Source: Gordius albopunctatus
Taxonomy: Eukaryota
Direction of reading: 5' to 3'
DNA length: 64,000 nucleotides
Assembly (NCBI GenBank): GCA_964276515.1
Contig: OZ193909.1
Location: 3,782,001 to 3,846,000 of the forward strand
Position 1 is the stretch's first letter. Each line of letters opens with the position of its first letter. The notes beneath the pieces were generated by a model, which had not been told where the DNA came from, ran no database searches, and saw only the letters and a program-made list of their open reading frames with translations. Made by a program: the position numbers and the translations under genes. This document shows positions 13,212 to 26,607 of the stretch, piece by piece.

Positions 13212-16200
13212 TGTTCACGAGAAGCCTAATTACAATGTTTAATACCAATCGACACAACTTTTTCTTAATTACCGCCCAATTTAATAAAATAAGTACAAAT
13301 ATGAGAACATACACATAAATCTTTACCATCAACTTACTTAGTTGTAACGCGTATTCCAGAATACGTTACAAATCCTGTTGCCTTATTTTGTCCTCACCGA
13401 ATAATTGCAGGCCTCCCAATTCGTATTGCAATCCTGGTTTATTATTTCCAAAATAATAAATTTCACGTTGGGCGCCAATATTATGTCCGTGACTAAACCG
13501 TCAGTCCAAAATTATGTCAGAGAATAATTCGTCCTCGAATAAACCGTCAGTCCAATATTAGGTCTGAGAATAATTCGTACTTCCGATAAATATTTTATTT
13601 CCAGTAAAAATTATGCCACAAACGATTTATATCCAAGAAAATTTATTAATTGATATTGTATGTGCGCCGATGTCCCCTTTTATTCGGATACACTTCTTTT
13701 TTTCTCGTGTCTCGCGCCAGTTGTCATTCCTTCCACCAGTTGTTATTGCCTCTGATAATACTCTCTTTGTGTGTCCCGCGCCAGGTGTTATTCTCCTTTG
13801 CGTCCTTCCCGTTACTCTTCCTAGATTTATTTTGTCTCTCACTTGCTATCGTCCAGCACCTGGTAATTACCCTGCGCCTCTGGTTGATCGTCTTTCACGA
13901 CTCCCCATATGCCGCACCTCTCGTTGCTCCTCTTCAAAGAATCAATATGTGACATATATGACAATGACAAACATTTTAATTAAATTTGTATTCTAAATAA
14001 TTACCTTCTAGTTCTAACTAACTTTGCCATTAAATATTTATTTATCTAGTATAGTATAGATCGTGTTGCAAAATTGCCACAGTTATAAAACTTGTAGTAA
14101 ATTCAAATGCACATGCCAACCCCGAATGTGAAAAGTAATGCACATGACAAAAAATGTATTCATCACCTAATATCTTGTAACGTCCAAAAATTTAGGAGTT
14201 ATAAAAGCTGATAGAAAACTCATAATTTAATTTATTACGGTGTCATCGAACATTCGAATATACTTTTAAACGCTAGGGGGCTTAAATATCTCGAGCCATT
14301 TTAGCTTTTGTTGTATAATTATTTAAACAATTGACCACCAATTTTATTTAATATCACCACATCAGGCAAAATGAGATATAGCAAAATTTAAAATGCTTTA
14401 GTAATATTTAATAGCCCATCAGATCTTATTCAAAGCCCAAAATTTGGTAATATATAATAATGCTAGGAGACAAATATATTATTAAATTATTCACGTACCC
14501 TAAGGGCCACTCCTACTTAGGTAAATGAACTAAAATTACCAAAATTAAAAAAAAATAAGTAAGATTTACTAAACTTGGGTGCCTTTTTAATATCAAATAT
14601 ATTCAATAATATTAATTTACATTTAATATTTACATCTAATACCTGTGAAACATTCAAAATAAAAATATAAAAATACACTTTTAAATTTACTAAAATTTTA
14701 TAATCCCTATAAAAATTTGAGCCGAGATCTCGCCGAAAAAATCTCGTATCGTCTCGCCTCGACATCAAAATTTTTGTCTAGATCTAGGATCCGGTTTTCA
14801 AATTCTATTTTGCCATAGAATAAAATTTTGTGGACATTTTGAAATAATATCTTGCATCAAGCAAAAATACAAGGGGAAAAGAAAATCTTTACGGATTTCT
14901 ACACAGAAACATCCCCACAGGTACAAAAGGCAATATCCTCAAGATATCATAACAAGATTTAAATATAAGTCAAGTAAATATTATTGGGTTAGAGGCGAAA
15001 GAAGTTTAAAAGCAATTCCGCAGCCATAAGAAAAACGTTGAAAGAAAAAACAATTGCTTAAGCTTCAAGTCCTCCAATTTCTTATCAACCGGTGACAACT
15101 ATGCATTTGTTCTTAAAAATTTAAATTCAGAACACAACCATATATTAAGTATTTTAATTAGGTATTTTATGTATTAACATTTAAAGTGAAGAAAAATTTA
15201 AACACCAACCAAAGCAACTTAAAATGAATGAAGAGGAGTTATACTTGCTCTAAATGGTTTGGCTGTTGATGCAAAAATCATATAATTACAAAATTATGTG
15301 TAAAGGGTTGCACAACTAAAGATTTAGCTAGGAGCATAATTTTTAGTATTTCAATTTTATGATTAAGATGTAGGTAATCCTCAACAATCCAAGGTAGATA
15401 CTAATAATAATACTGTTATTGATTCTCAACAGGTCTTTTTAAAACGAACTTACATTCAAATTATTAAAATCAAATTAAAAGTACATTAGAGCCATCTATG
15501 GACAATTTAATTATATTTATCCCTATATTATCTTCTTCAAATTATTAACAAACCCGCAATTTATTAATTAATTTTAAATATAATAAAACATGTTAATTAT
15601 ATTATAAAACCTTTTGTTACCTCTAAGCAGAAAAGCGAACACATTGAATGGCAAAAGTCTCTCCCATCTCTGTTAAAATGACTAAACTTACTAAAATTTT
15701 GTGATTATCTTATACAGTTTTAATATTTATACTAAACTTATGATCTGTAATACATTTTATGGCTAATAATTAAATAATTTCTCAATGTATCGTATATTAA
15801 AATGTTTATTACAGTCTTTTATTGATTGAGTGACATTGAATATAAGTTTCCAACAAACTTATATTCAATGTAAATTTTAGTGTTTCGATCTTGTCTCGAT
15901 CTAGGTAGCATACTCTCGTATCGGGTGGATTATGAGAATCTCGTCTCAGTCTAGATAAATTTTGAATTCGTCTAGATGAGAATTTTTTCCAATAAATAAA
16001 AATTTCTCCTGATTTATTACAATTATTAAACAAGTGAAAAAAAACACTGCCTGCGACGGTACCAAGTCCGTGTGCAAAATGTGTAGGGTTGGCGTTTGGT
16101 TAGAAACCGGCTATAAAAACCAACTCCAAAATTATGATAGTTTCAAACAAGATTTTACAAGAAAAGGCTAGGGCGTCCTCCAAAAACGACGCGCATTGTA

Positions 16201-17832
16201 TACCCCGCCCGTGTAATGTGAAAAATACACTAAGGTTACTGCCTAACTCACAACAAAGGCGGTTAAGGAAACTAGTTGTGGAAAGAATGCGAATTACGTG
16301 CTGGAATATGGGAACGTTGACGGGGAAGAGCATCAAGGTCGCACAGATGCTAAAAAGAAGAAAGGTACACATCGCCTGCCTACAAGAGACGAGGTGGAAC
16401 GGAACGAAAGCTCGGGAATTAGGAGAAGGATACAAGCTTTTCTACAGTGGGTCATCAAATCGTAGAAACGGGGTCGGTATCGTTCTAAGTGAATCGTTCA
16501 AGGACAAGGTGGTGGAAGTAAAGCGTTGTTCCGACAGGCTAATGTGGGTGAAGATTGCAGATCAACGGGGCCTCCTAACCGTTATGTGCGCGTATGCTCC
16601 CCAAATTGGATGTTTGGAATCAGAGAAAGACATTTTCTTCGCTCCATTTGAAAAGGAAATACAAGGAATAGGACAGGAAGAAAGGCTAATTATTGGGGGC
16701 AGATTTCAACGCTCACGTTGGGAAACATTGCCTCGGGTATGAACGCAATCATGGAGTCTATGGGCATGGTCTGAAGAACAAAGAAGGGGAAAAACTTCTC
16801 CAAGTATCCCAAGCATATGACATGGCGATCGCTAACACCTATTTTAAAAGCGCGAAGATCATATTGTGACCTATAGAAGTGGGAAGCATTTTAGTCAAAT
16901 CGAATATTTGCTTATACGGCGAAAGGAATTATGGAGTATCAATGATTGCAAAGTAATATCGGGAGAAGAAATCGCCAGGCAACATCGTCCCCTTGTTATG
17001 AATCTAGAAGAGTATTTCCCGAAGGAAGAAAGGTCTATGAACCTCTAATTCGATACGAAAGGCTAAAGGATACGTCAACGAACAAATAATACGATCAAAA
17101 AGCCTGCCCACTCTTGGTTGCAAGGAAGTTGCAAAGGGACGTAGACAACGATTGGGAGACGCTATCTAAGGACATTTAGGAAACAGCGATTCGTCTTCTA
17201 GGACAGACCAGAGGAGACAAAGTTATGAATAGGGAACTACGGTGGTCGGATCAATCGGTTAAAGATTTCATCAAAAGAAAGAAAAATCTATATAGATGGT
17301 GGCATAAATCAAAAAAGTCGGAGGATTATCAAGAGTACGGCTACGCAAAGAGGGCCGCAAAAAAGGCCGTTGCAAAAGCAAAGAATGCCGCGTACACCGA
17401 GATGGCAAACAAACTGGATCATAAAGGGGACGATAGGCCTATGTACAAATTGGCCAAGATAAGGGAGAAGAAAAGTCGCGATGTCGGAGTTCTTAAAATA
17501 ATCAAAAGCTAAAAGGATCAAACCTTATTCAAGCCGAAAGAAGTGATGGAAAGGTGGAAAGGATATTTTAAGAAACTTATGAATATTGCAAATGACAAGG
17601 ATTTCCTTCCCGAAATTGAGCTAAATATAAGTATGGTCGAACTCTTCCAGGAGGATGAAATTAGGACACAAATGAATAAGATGCAAAAAGGAAAAGCAAA
17701 TGGCCCAGATTGAATACCTATGGAAGCATTGCTCGGATGTCGTTAAGAAGGAGTCACCACCATGACGAACCTCCTTAACAAGATATTGGTAGAAGAGCGA
17801 ATCCCTAATCAATGGAGAGCAAGCACGATTAT

Positions 17833-20800
17833 TGTTGTATACTGAAACTGCACCATGCGCGTCTGTATACTGCACCATGCGCGTTTATTCAAATTATGTT
17901 TATTCAAATGATATTAATTATCAAGTCACTATCACGCAATCACCCCACCATCACGCGATCACCCTACCATCACGCGATCTGACCCTATATATACAAAATC
18001 TCTATTACTTATTTAGACTTTTACGTGTTTGGTAGTTAAGATTCCAAAATAAATAGATTAAGTCTCATCAAATGGCGCGGTCGATTTCTTCCCTTACTTT
18101 CCACCCATATAGTCCTTCTGATAATATTGACCTGTATATTTCGCAATTTAATCATTATCATCTAGTAGTTGGCGGCGATAAGGAATCCCTGTTCTTGACG
18201 GTATGCGGGTCGGATAATTACGAACTACTGATCAATCTTCTTTATCCTTCGGACCCGTTACAAAAAACGTTCGATGAAATAGTGTCCACCTTGAAAAGTT
18301 TTTTCGCTCCCTCTCTGAGTGCTATTGTCCATAGATATAAATTCCACAAATACGTACAAATAGAAGGTGAAAATATTGATGCCTTTGCTGCTAAACTGAA
18401 AGGTATATCTATAAATTGCAACTTTGGAGCCTCTCTCGAAGAAAATCTAAGGGATCGGTTCGTTGCGGGGTTACATAATAATAAGATTGTGGAGCGACTA
18501 TTGATTATACATAATCTGACATGGAAAGGGGCATTAGATATTGCGAGATCAATGGAACGGGGAAGATTCCAAAGCCATATGTTGACCCAACAATTGGAAC
18601 CCGTTCATACAGTGACTAACAAACACCCAGCATCAAATATGAAATGTTTCGCATGTGGGGGAACCACCTTCGATTCAACTGTAAATTACGTTTTGCGACG
18701 TGTTATAAATGTCATACCTAAGGCCATATCGGAAAGATATGCCGTGTCAAACAGGTTTCCTCATTAGATTATTTCCATTTAAAAGACTCTTTGCGGCCAT
18801 GCTATGCTTTGAAGGTAAATTACCGTATTTTAACTTTTGAAATTGACACCGGTTCAGCAGTCACCTTGATTAATTCTCTCAATGGGGCTCACTTTACAAC
18901 TCAACCGGGTTGTACCGAGTTAAAGGGTTATGATGGTTCGCCTATACCGCTAAAGGGATCGGCAAGAGTAATCGTGCAAGAAGAAGACGCAACCCACCAA
19001 CTCTTGCTTTACGTCGCTGATGGGAACGGGCAAAATATTTTGGGAAGAGACTGGTTAAGGATATTTCCACACATATTACGTCAGCTAGCTGAGGATTGGG
19101 AGCAAAACAAACCCTTCCAACGATACAAGATTAACCATACCAACGATGATGTTGTTACCAATAATATTATTCAAAAATACCCGGTATTGTTTGAGAATAA
19201 ATTGGAAGGGGTAATCGGGTATGAAGCAAAGCTTAAATTAGAAGATGAGTTGTGTCCACGTTTTTTCCGCCCTAGATCTATTCCCTATATGTTAAAACCT
19301 AAAATTGACGAAGAATTAGATAGGTTAGTTAAAGAAGGTATCTTAAAACCATAAAATATGCTGAACATGCTGCTCCTATTGTAGCTGTTATTAAAAATAA
19401 CGGAAGCATCCGTATTTGCGGCGACTTCCGTGATTTGAAAAAGCACCTCTTAATTGAAAAATATCCTTTGCCACGAATTCAGGATATATTTGCTCAACTA
19501 GGCGGTTTTAAATATTTTAGCGTTTTGGACCTCAAGGATGCCTATTTCGAAATAAAGGTTAACGAAAATTCTCAAAATCTGTTAGCAATTAATACGCATA
19601 GGGGCCTTTTTAAATATACTAAATTACCTTTTGGCATAGCCTCGGCCCCTGCTATTTTTCAAAGATTTATGGATTCATTATTTAGAAATAATAAGGGAAT
19701 AGTAGTTTACCTAGATGACATTATGATAGCTGGTAAGACAGTAGAGGACCATAATAAAAAATTGGAAAAGGTTTTTAAAGAATTGGAAAAGTCAGGCCTA
19801 AAACTAAAATTAGGCAAGTGTAAATTTTTGGAAAAAAAAGTGGAATATTTAGGACATACCATTAGTAAAGACGGAATTTTTACCACTGACAAGAATACTA
19901 AAGCAATTTTAGCAGCACCAGCCCCAACTAAAATAAAAGAATTACAATCTTTTTTAGGTATGGGAACATACTACGCGAAATTCATAAAAAATTTCTCTTT
20001 TTTAGCACAACCTCTTTATAAACTGCTAAGGAAAACAGTAGCTTGGAATTGGTCCATAGACTGTACAAATGCATTCAATGACATTAAAAAAGCCATTATC
20101 AAGGCGCCGATATTAAAACATTTTGACCCCGAGTTACCGCTAATACTCTCAACGGATGCTTCATCTGAGGGACTCGGCGCAGTACTTTCCCACGAAATTA
20201 AAGGTTATCAGCACCCTATTGCTTTTGCGTCCCGCACCCTTAACGCTGGTGAAAGAAATTATAGCCAAATTGAAAAAGAAGCTTTAGCCATCATTTATGC
20301 TTTTAATAAATTTAAGGAATATTTATATGGCCTCCATTTTACCTTACTTACAGATCACAAACCATTAATATCAATATTCAACCCGAATAAAAATATATCA
20401 CAAGGCATGTCAGCAAGACTTCAGAAATGGACCTTGTTAACAACACCTTATCATTATACCATAAAATACAAAATTGGCAAGGAAAATACACAAGCTGATA
20501 TGTTATCCAGGCTTCCGATACAATCTGAAGAAACGCTAGAACAAGGAGAAGAAGATGATATACACACCATTTATGAAGAACCATTCCAACTTTTCCCCAT
20601 TACATCCGCCGACATAGAGCGTCATACTCGTAAAGATCCTATCCTGGGACAAGTCTATAACTATATACTCCATGGCTGGCCGAAAAAAGTTACTCCAGAT
20701 CTAGTAGTTTACCAACAACGGCAAAGAGAACTCACCACCTTAAAAGGTTGCATATTTTGGGGATACAGAATTATTATTCCTCAAGGATTAAGGCAAACCA

Positions 20801-22000
20801 TTTTGAAACGAATCCACTTAGGACACCCAGGCATGAGTCGTTCAAAGATTTTGGCTCGTCAACATCTCTGGTATCCAGGTATTGATGAAGATATAGAAGG
20901 TTATGTTCAAAACTGTTCGGATTGTCAACAATGGTTTACTGGCACAACCGAATTAGCAACGCAAAAATGGGAAAACCCGGGAAAACCATGATCTAGATTA
21001 CATGCCGATTTTTGCGGTCCAATTAATGGGTATTATTACCTAATTGTAATTGACGCCTACAGTAAATGGCCCGAGGTGATCCCTATGACAACGATAACAA
21101 CATCAAGCACTATTAACGCTCTCGAAGCTATTTTCTCGAGGTTCGGAGTACCTAGCACCTTGGCTACAGACAATGGGCCTCAATTTACAAACACCGAATT
21201 TAAAACATACTGCAAAACAAATAAAATTCGTAACGCATATTCCAGCCCGTATCATCCTCGATCCAACGGAGAAGCTGAACGTTTTGTTCGAACATTTAAG
21301 GAGTTCTTGAACAAAACTAAAAATTTTAAAAACGATAAATTATATAACTTTCTGTTTTCTTATAGGAATACCATTCACCCAACAACTGGATTAACTCCAG
21401 CCAATCTATTAATCAAAATACAACCAATCGGTCCATTGAATTTACTCAACCCACATGTAACTGGTCTTGACAAAGACGAGTTGGCACCCATCAAACGGAA
21501 ATTTATAATTGGAGATAGAGTGTGGGTTAGAACTTTCACAACTAATGATAAATTATGGGCAACGGGAAAAATAGTAAAAATCTTAGGCCCTGTATCGTAC
21601 ATGGTAGAAATGGATAATGGAGCATTATGGAAGATACATGGTGATCATATTAGAAAATCTTTAGATGACGCAAACACGCTAAAGGATGAGGATCGATGGG
21701 CTGACATTTCACACGCAATACCGGGTGATCTACCACAACATGAACACAGTGATTTACTTGACGCCACCATCCCGCAACAGCCTAACCTACCACATGATGA
21801 AGCTAGCGATAATATGCTAGTTTTCATTCCACCCCTGCCCTCACCTCTACCCCCTCGTATGGACTCCCCTCATTCACCTATACCCTCACCCGAAATAACG
21901 GTCCGGCGATCTACACGAATCCGAAAACCTATAGAAAGATATGGAATAACTTAAGGGGGTAGGAGATGTTGTATACTGCAACTGCACCATGCGCGTCTGT
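17833..22000 (+). mobile_element. Ty3/gypsy LTR retrotransposon, degenerate; 5' LTR 17833-18070, 3' LTR truncated at 21967-22000
   Basis: TGTTGTATACTG(A/C)AACTGCACCATGCGCGTCTGT at both ends; PBS TGGCGCGGTCG at 18073; PPT AAGGGGGTAGGAGA before 21967; domain order gag-PR-RT-RH-IN. Confidence 0.95.
18072..21954 (+). pseudogene. gypsy gag-pol with a frameshift and stops: gag 18072-18767, protease 18791-19354, RT/RNase H 19435-20991, integrase 21076-21954
   Basis: LRDRFVAGL and CFACG (gag); IDTGS (protease); YLDD and TDAS (RT/RH); HLGHPG..C..C, TDNGPQF, NGEAERFV (integrase). Confidence 0.9.
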
Positions 22001-25000
22001 TTCCCGGATCCAAAAAGGATGGCTTAAATGGCGAAGTATATCCGGTGTAATTTGCGACAAGAAAATGTTAATATGGTTGAAGTGCAAAGCTTACAAATCT
22101 ATCGTAAGACCGGTGTTACTCTATGGAAGTGAAACATGGGCATCAAGCACCACGGAAGGAAAGCTATTACAAGCCACGGAGATGAGAATGATACGGTGGA
22201 GCTTGGGGTATACTAAACTCGACCATATGATGAATGACTCTCTCTTGACAAAAATAAGTATTCAATTTATGGCGGACATGATTAACGAAAATCGGCTAAG
22301 GTGTAATGGGCATATACTAAGGAGGGATACGGATGACGTAAATAGAAATGTACTGGAAATGGAGGTACCGGGGAAGAGAGGAAGAGGACGACCCCGTGTC
22401 ACGTGGAATGGACAAGTCAATAAAGTTATGGAAACTAAAGAGATAGTCAATAGGTGTTTCTACCAACTATCGGAGAATACTGCCTACAGTTTTAGTTAGG
22501 CAAGGACAGCCACAAAGTATTGTAGTCTTGAATTTTTGTGATCTTTTTTATATCAGCAAAATGTGGCCACTCCTAAAAATCAAAGAAAGCTGTTTGATAC
22601 CTACTGATAATCCACAAATTATGGATGTTTCAAATGGACAGAGGTTTTTCTTTATATTTATACTACTTATTTTTTTTCATTTATTCTATTCATCTTCACA
22701 AAATATGTATTTTTATCTAAGATTCAATTAATTTATATTTATTAACCTAATGGCTTGCCCAGAATATCTTAGGCCCCAAAAAGGGGGAGTACTCTTGTAT
22801 TACTCCTCATGCCTATATATGACAAGTCAAAAGAGGCCTCTTGCCCTTCAACAGCTTCATAGTCTGAATGGCATATCCTTGCCTTATTATAAATTTGCCT
22901 AGTATTTCTAATATTTTACATGAATGAGACACAAGTCAAGTCATTATACTGACAATAGTTATACCAAATAAAAGTCTACAATGTATGTTAAGTAGCAATA
23001 TAGTCAGCATAGACATATGAAAGTCTTAAAATAAATTGGGATTTGCAAAAGTACTACTTTTTAAATGTGAAACTTTTAATTTAAAATCTCTGGCAAAAGA
23101 TTGCACAAAATACTGAGCTGAGATAAGAGTTTAAAGTTTGAAATGCTATAAAGTCTAAATTATTGATATTTCTTGAAATTAAGTTTGGTAAAAAATAAAA
23201 TTTTTAACATTCTTAAAAAGTTTATGGATAGTTACCAGATTTTCACAACCTTCTATAATATTTTCTAATAATACCTTTTTAAAACAAGAAGATTTTAAAG
23301 CATTTTTTTTCTAGGCTCTTTTGTAAGCATTAAATGTAAAAATTGATGTAAGAGTTTCATCCATCAATCATCTTATATATCAATATAACAGTACATCAAT
23401 AAGTAAACATTAGTTGAGGTAGATAAAAATAAAATAGATATAGTTAGTGATTCAGGGATAAATAAATTTTCTTTAAAATAATAGCAAAAACTTAATAAAA
23501 ATGATCATAGATTCACATGCACATTGATACTAATCATATTAATGATCCCTTTACAATCTTTAAGGACCTAATTAAGTTATATAGCATCATAAATTGTAAG
23601 AATATCTTCTATAATCTAATGGCTAGAGAGATTGCCCTTTTAAAATTTAATATGTTTTCTATTAAAGTAGAAAAAAACTTTAGCAAATCTTTTATGTGTT
23701 TAAGCTGAGATTATACTTTCAAACTATATCAATTACCATTTTAAATATTCCATTAATTAACTTGTAAACAAGAATCTAGAGGCATGAGATAGCACTCGGA
23801 TGATATCGTTTATATAATACCTAAATTTATTATATATTGCTTAATTATACCTATCCCATACCAAATTATGTGTATTAGTTAATTATATAATTTAGTATTT
23901 AATATATTAAATATGTAGAAATTGCTTTTATATTATTACATATATTTTATTATATACACTTAATTATATACCACCCTTTACTAAACTAACTTGTATTTAT
24001 TAATTATATAATTTAGTATTGAATATATTAAGTATTCCCCCTCCCCTTGGCAAAAATTATAAAAACTTTTTAGATTCAAAGTTTTTATTTTATTGTTACA
24101 ATAAATGACTAAGTAAAACACTTATTAATTTATTTTTAATTATAAATTAAGTAAATATTATTTTCCGTTTTTGAATTAAATTTCGACCAAAAAACTATGA
24201 ACCATTATTGTCTTTTTCCTTTTTCAATTGTTCACTTGCAAAATGAAAATTCACGATTATTTCCCCAAAAATCTTCCGACACCATAGCTGGTAATTTGTT
24301 ATTCTAAGATTAAGAATAATTAATTATAATGATTTATGTTGTTATTATTAAGTGATAATAATTTAATGCTCTTTCTATTTATACATTTGATAAAAAAAAT
24401 TTAAAAAATGAAATTTTCCGCTATATATTATTTTTGTGAAAATTTATTTATATTTATAAAAATAAATCATGTTAGTTTAATCTATAATTTCTTAAAGACT
24501 TTTTTTATTATATTATTTATGTATTTTATACTTATAGAAGTTAGCCAACATAATTTATCACAAGATACTATTGAGACTGGCATTTTACCTTTAATAATCA
24601 AACCAAATGGTATTTATAATTATACATATTTTCTAAGTTTATGAAAAGTCGATTTTGTATTTTAAATCTTTTTAAATAATTAAATTTAGATTCAAACGAC
24701 CCTTTCCCCTATGACATAAGTTTATATGTAAATAATAAAAATATTGAAGAGGATAAGATTTATCAAACCATTTTGTTCAATTTTCCTCGTGATAGCACTC
24801 TAAAAAATTAAAATTTCAATACTCCTGGTTTCAGAAATGGAGCTGGCTTGTCTATTCGCCAAATGAAAATGGGGTATTCTGTAAAACATGCGTACTTTTT
24901 CGCCTAAAATTTGGTGGAAAGGGGCAACAAAAGTTGAAGGGGCTAGTTTCTGAACCATTCAGAAGATGGAAAGATGCTACGGAAATTTTTAATTTACACG

Positions 25001-26607
25001 AAAAAAATTCATATCACATAGACTCAATACAGACAGCCATATCTTTAAAATCAATTAGAGATGGGAAAAAGCTTTGTATCATAACTCAATTGGACTCCCA
25101 GCGCAAAACGCAAGCTAAAGAAAATCGATTAAAGAGAGCTCCCATCATTGATACTATTTTGACATTGGGGATTCAAGGATTGGCCTTAAGAGGCCATAAA
25201 GATTCTGGACCTATTAAATCTGATGTACAAAATAATAATTCCGGTAATTTTAGGGCCTTCTTAAGATACTGGGCTAATGGGGACCCAGTACTTTCAGACT
25301 TTTTGAAAAATGCCCTTTACCTAAGTCCTCATTTTCAAAATGAGGTTATAACCATTTGTAATGAATTAATCCTCAATAAATTAGTCAATGAAATTAACAA
25401 ATCTCCCTTTTCACGATTCTCTGTGATGAATCTATGGATATTGCAGGGGTAGAGCAAATGTCCCTTTGCGCCCGTTATATTTATACTTCAACGTTAGCCA
25501 TAAAAGAAAATTTTTTGCAATTTATCCCAGTTATTGACACAACAGGAAAGGGGCTAGGAGATTTAATTATCAAAAACATAAAGGATATAAATATTAATAT
25601 AAATTTGTTAAGAGGTCAGGGCTGTGATGGGGCCCGGAATATGAGCGGGAAGTTTAACGGTGTTCAAGCATGCATAATGAAAACATACCCAACGGCATTG
25701 TATGTTCATTGTGCCTCACATTCGTTAAATTTAGCTCTATCAGATGCTTGCACCATTCCCACTATACGGAATTGCATGGGTAATATATAGATTATATTTA
25801 AAATATATTTTTTTAATAGGGATTGTTCCTAAAGTTTACGATGTTTTTAAATATCCGAAACGTCGTCAGGTTCTTATTGAAATGTTGTCAAAATTGGAAG
25901 ACAAACCTCCTATAGAAAAATTAAAGCAAGTGTGTGCGACCCGCTGGGCATCACGGTACGATGCCGTTTCCACCCATATTTTATTTCAAGATGGCATATA
26001 TCCGGCATTGGAAAAAATTTCAACCTGTTATGACCACGCTGTTGCAACAGAAGATGCAACGTTGCTCACTTCTCTACGGCAGTCAGAATATTTAATTTCC
26101 CTTTTATGCATGAATAAACTATTTGGCTACACATCTATTTTATGCAAGCAATTGCAAAAAAGTGACTTGGATCTTCAACAAGTTACACAGTTGGCGGAGA
26201 CTTTAGTAGATCAAATTAAATTAATCAGAAACAACGTTGATGAAGAGTTTCAACAAGTTTTTTTAGTCGCTGAAGACAAGGCCAAGTTGTATGATTTCGA
26301 GCTCAAAAATCCTCGGTTTGCAAAAAAACAAACTTGTAGAAGTAACATTAATACTGAATTCATTCAAGAATACTACAAAATTACTGTATTTATACCATTA
26401 CACGATATTTTTGTTACCAAATTGAATAAACGGTCTCTGGACAAGAAACTAGTTTTGGAAAATTTCGAAATTTTATTTCCCCGAAATTCCTTTATTGTTT
26501 CACCAGTAACGCGATTAAAAATAAATTTTCTATCGGAGTTTTATGCAAATGATCTCCAAGGGAGTAATGAAGATCTCATAGCAGAATTCAATATCTGGTA
26601 TATGGCC

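Larger units (their letters stand above)
10415..13963 (-). mobile_element. Non-autonomous LTR retroelement without pol; LTRs 10415-10899 and 13479-13963
   Basis: Two 485-bp direct repeats with about 6 mismatches; ATGAC TSD (10410-10414, 13964-13968); minus-strand PBS TGGCGCCCAACGTG (13464-13477, tRNA-Lys type); polypurine tract near 10900-10925; LTR termini TG...TA. Confidence 0.9.
16056..22445 (+). mobile_element. Degenerate RTE-clade LINE (16056-17832 and about 22001-22445) split by a gypsy insertion; RT core deleted
   Basis: APE endonuclease motifs (TCWNMGTL, IACLQETRW, CAYAPQ); resumes at SRIQKGWLKWRSISGVICDKK ... RGRGRPRVTW; 5' UTR resembles the RTE end at 44480-44566. Confidence 0.9.

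Noticed and set aside
14240..14345. Minus-strand WW...KMARDI resembling a hAT dimerisation domain
   Set aside because: Too short and degenerate to annotate separately.
14820..15420. Possible MULE/FAR1-like transposase remnant (LNSEHNH)
   Set aside because: Only one short motif; too many stops to support a call.
22500..24030. AT-rich stretch with short ORFs and a short direct repeat near 23880-24030
   Set aside because: No coherent exon chain, terminal repeats or recognisable domain.
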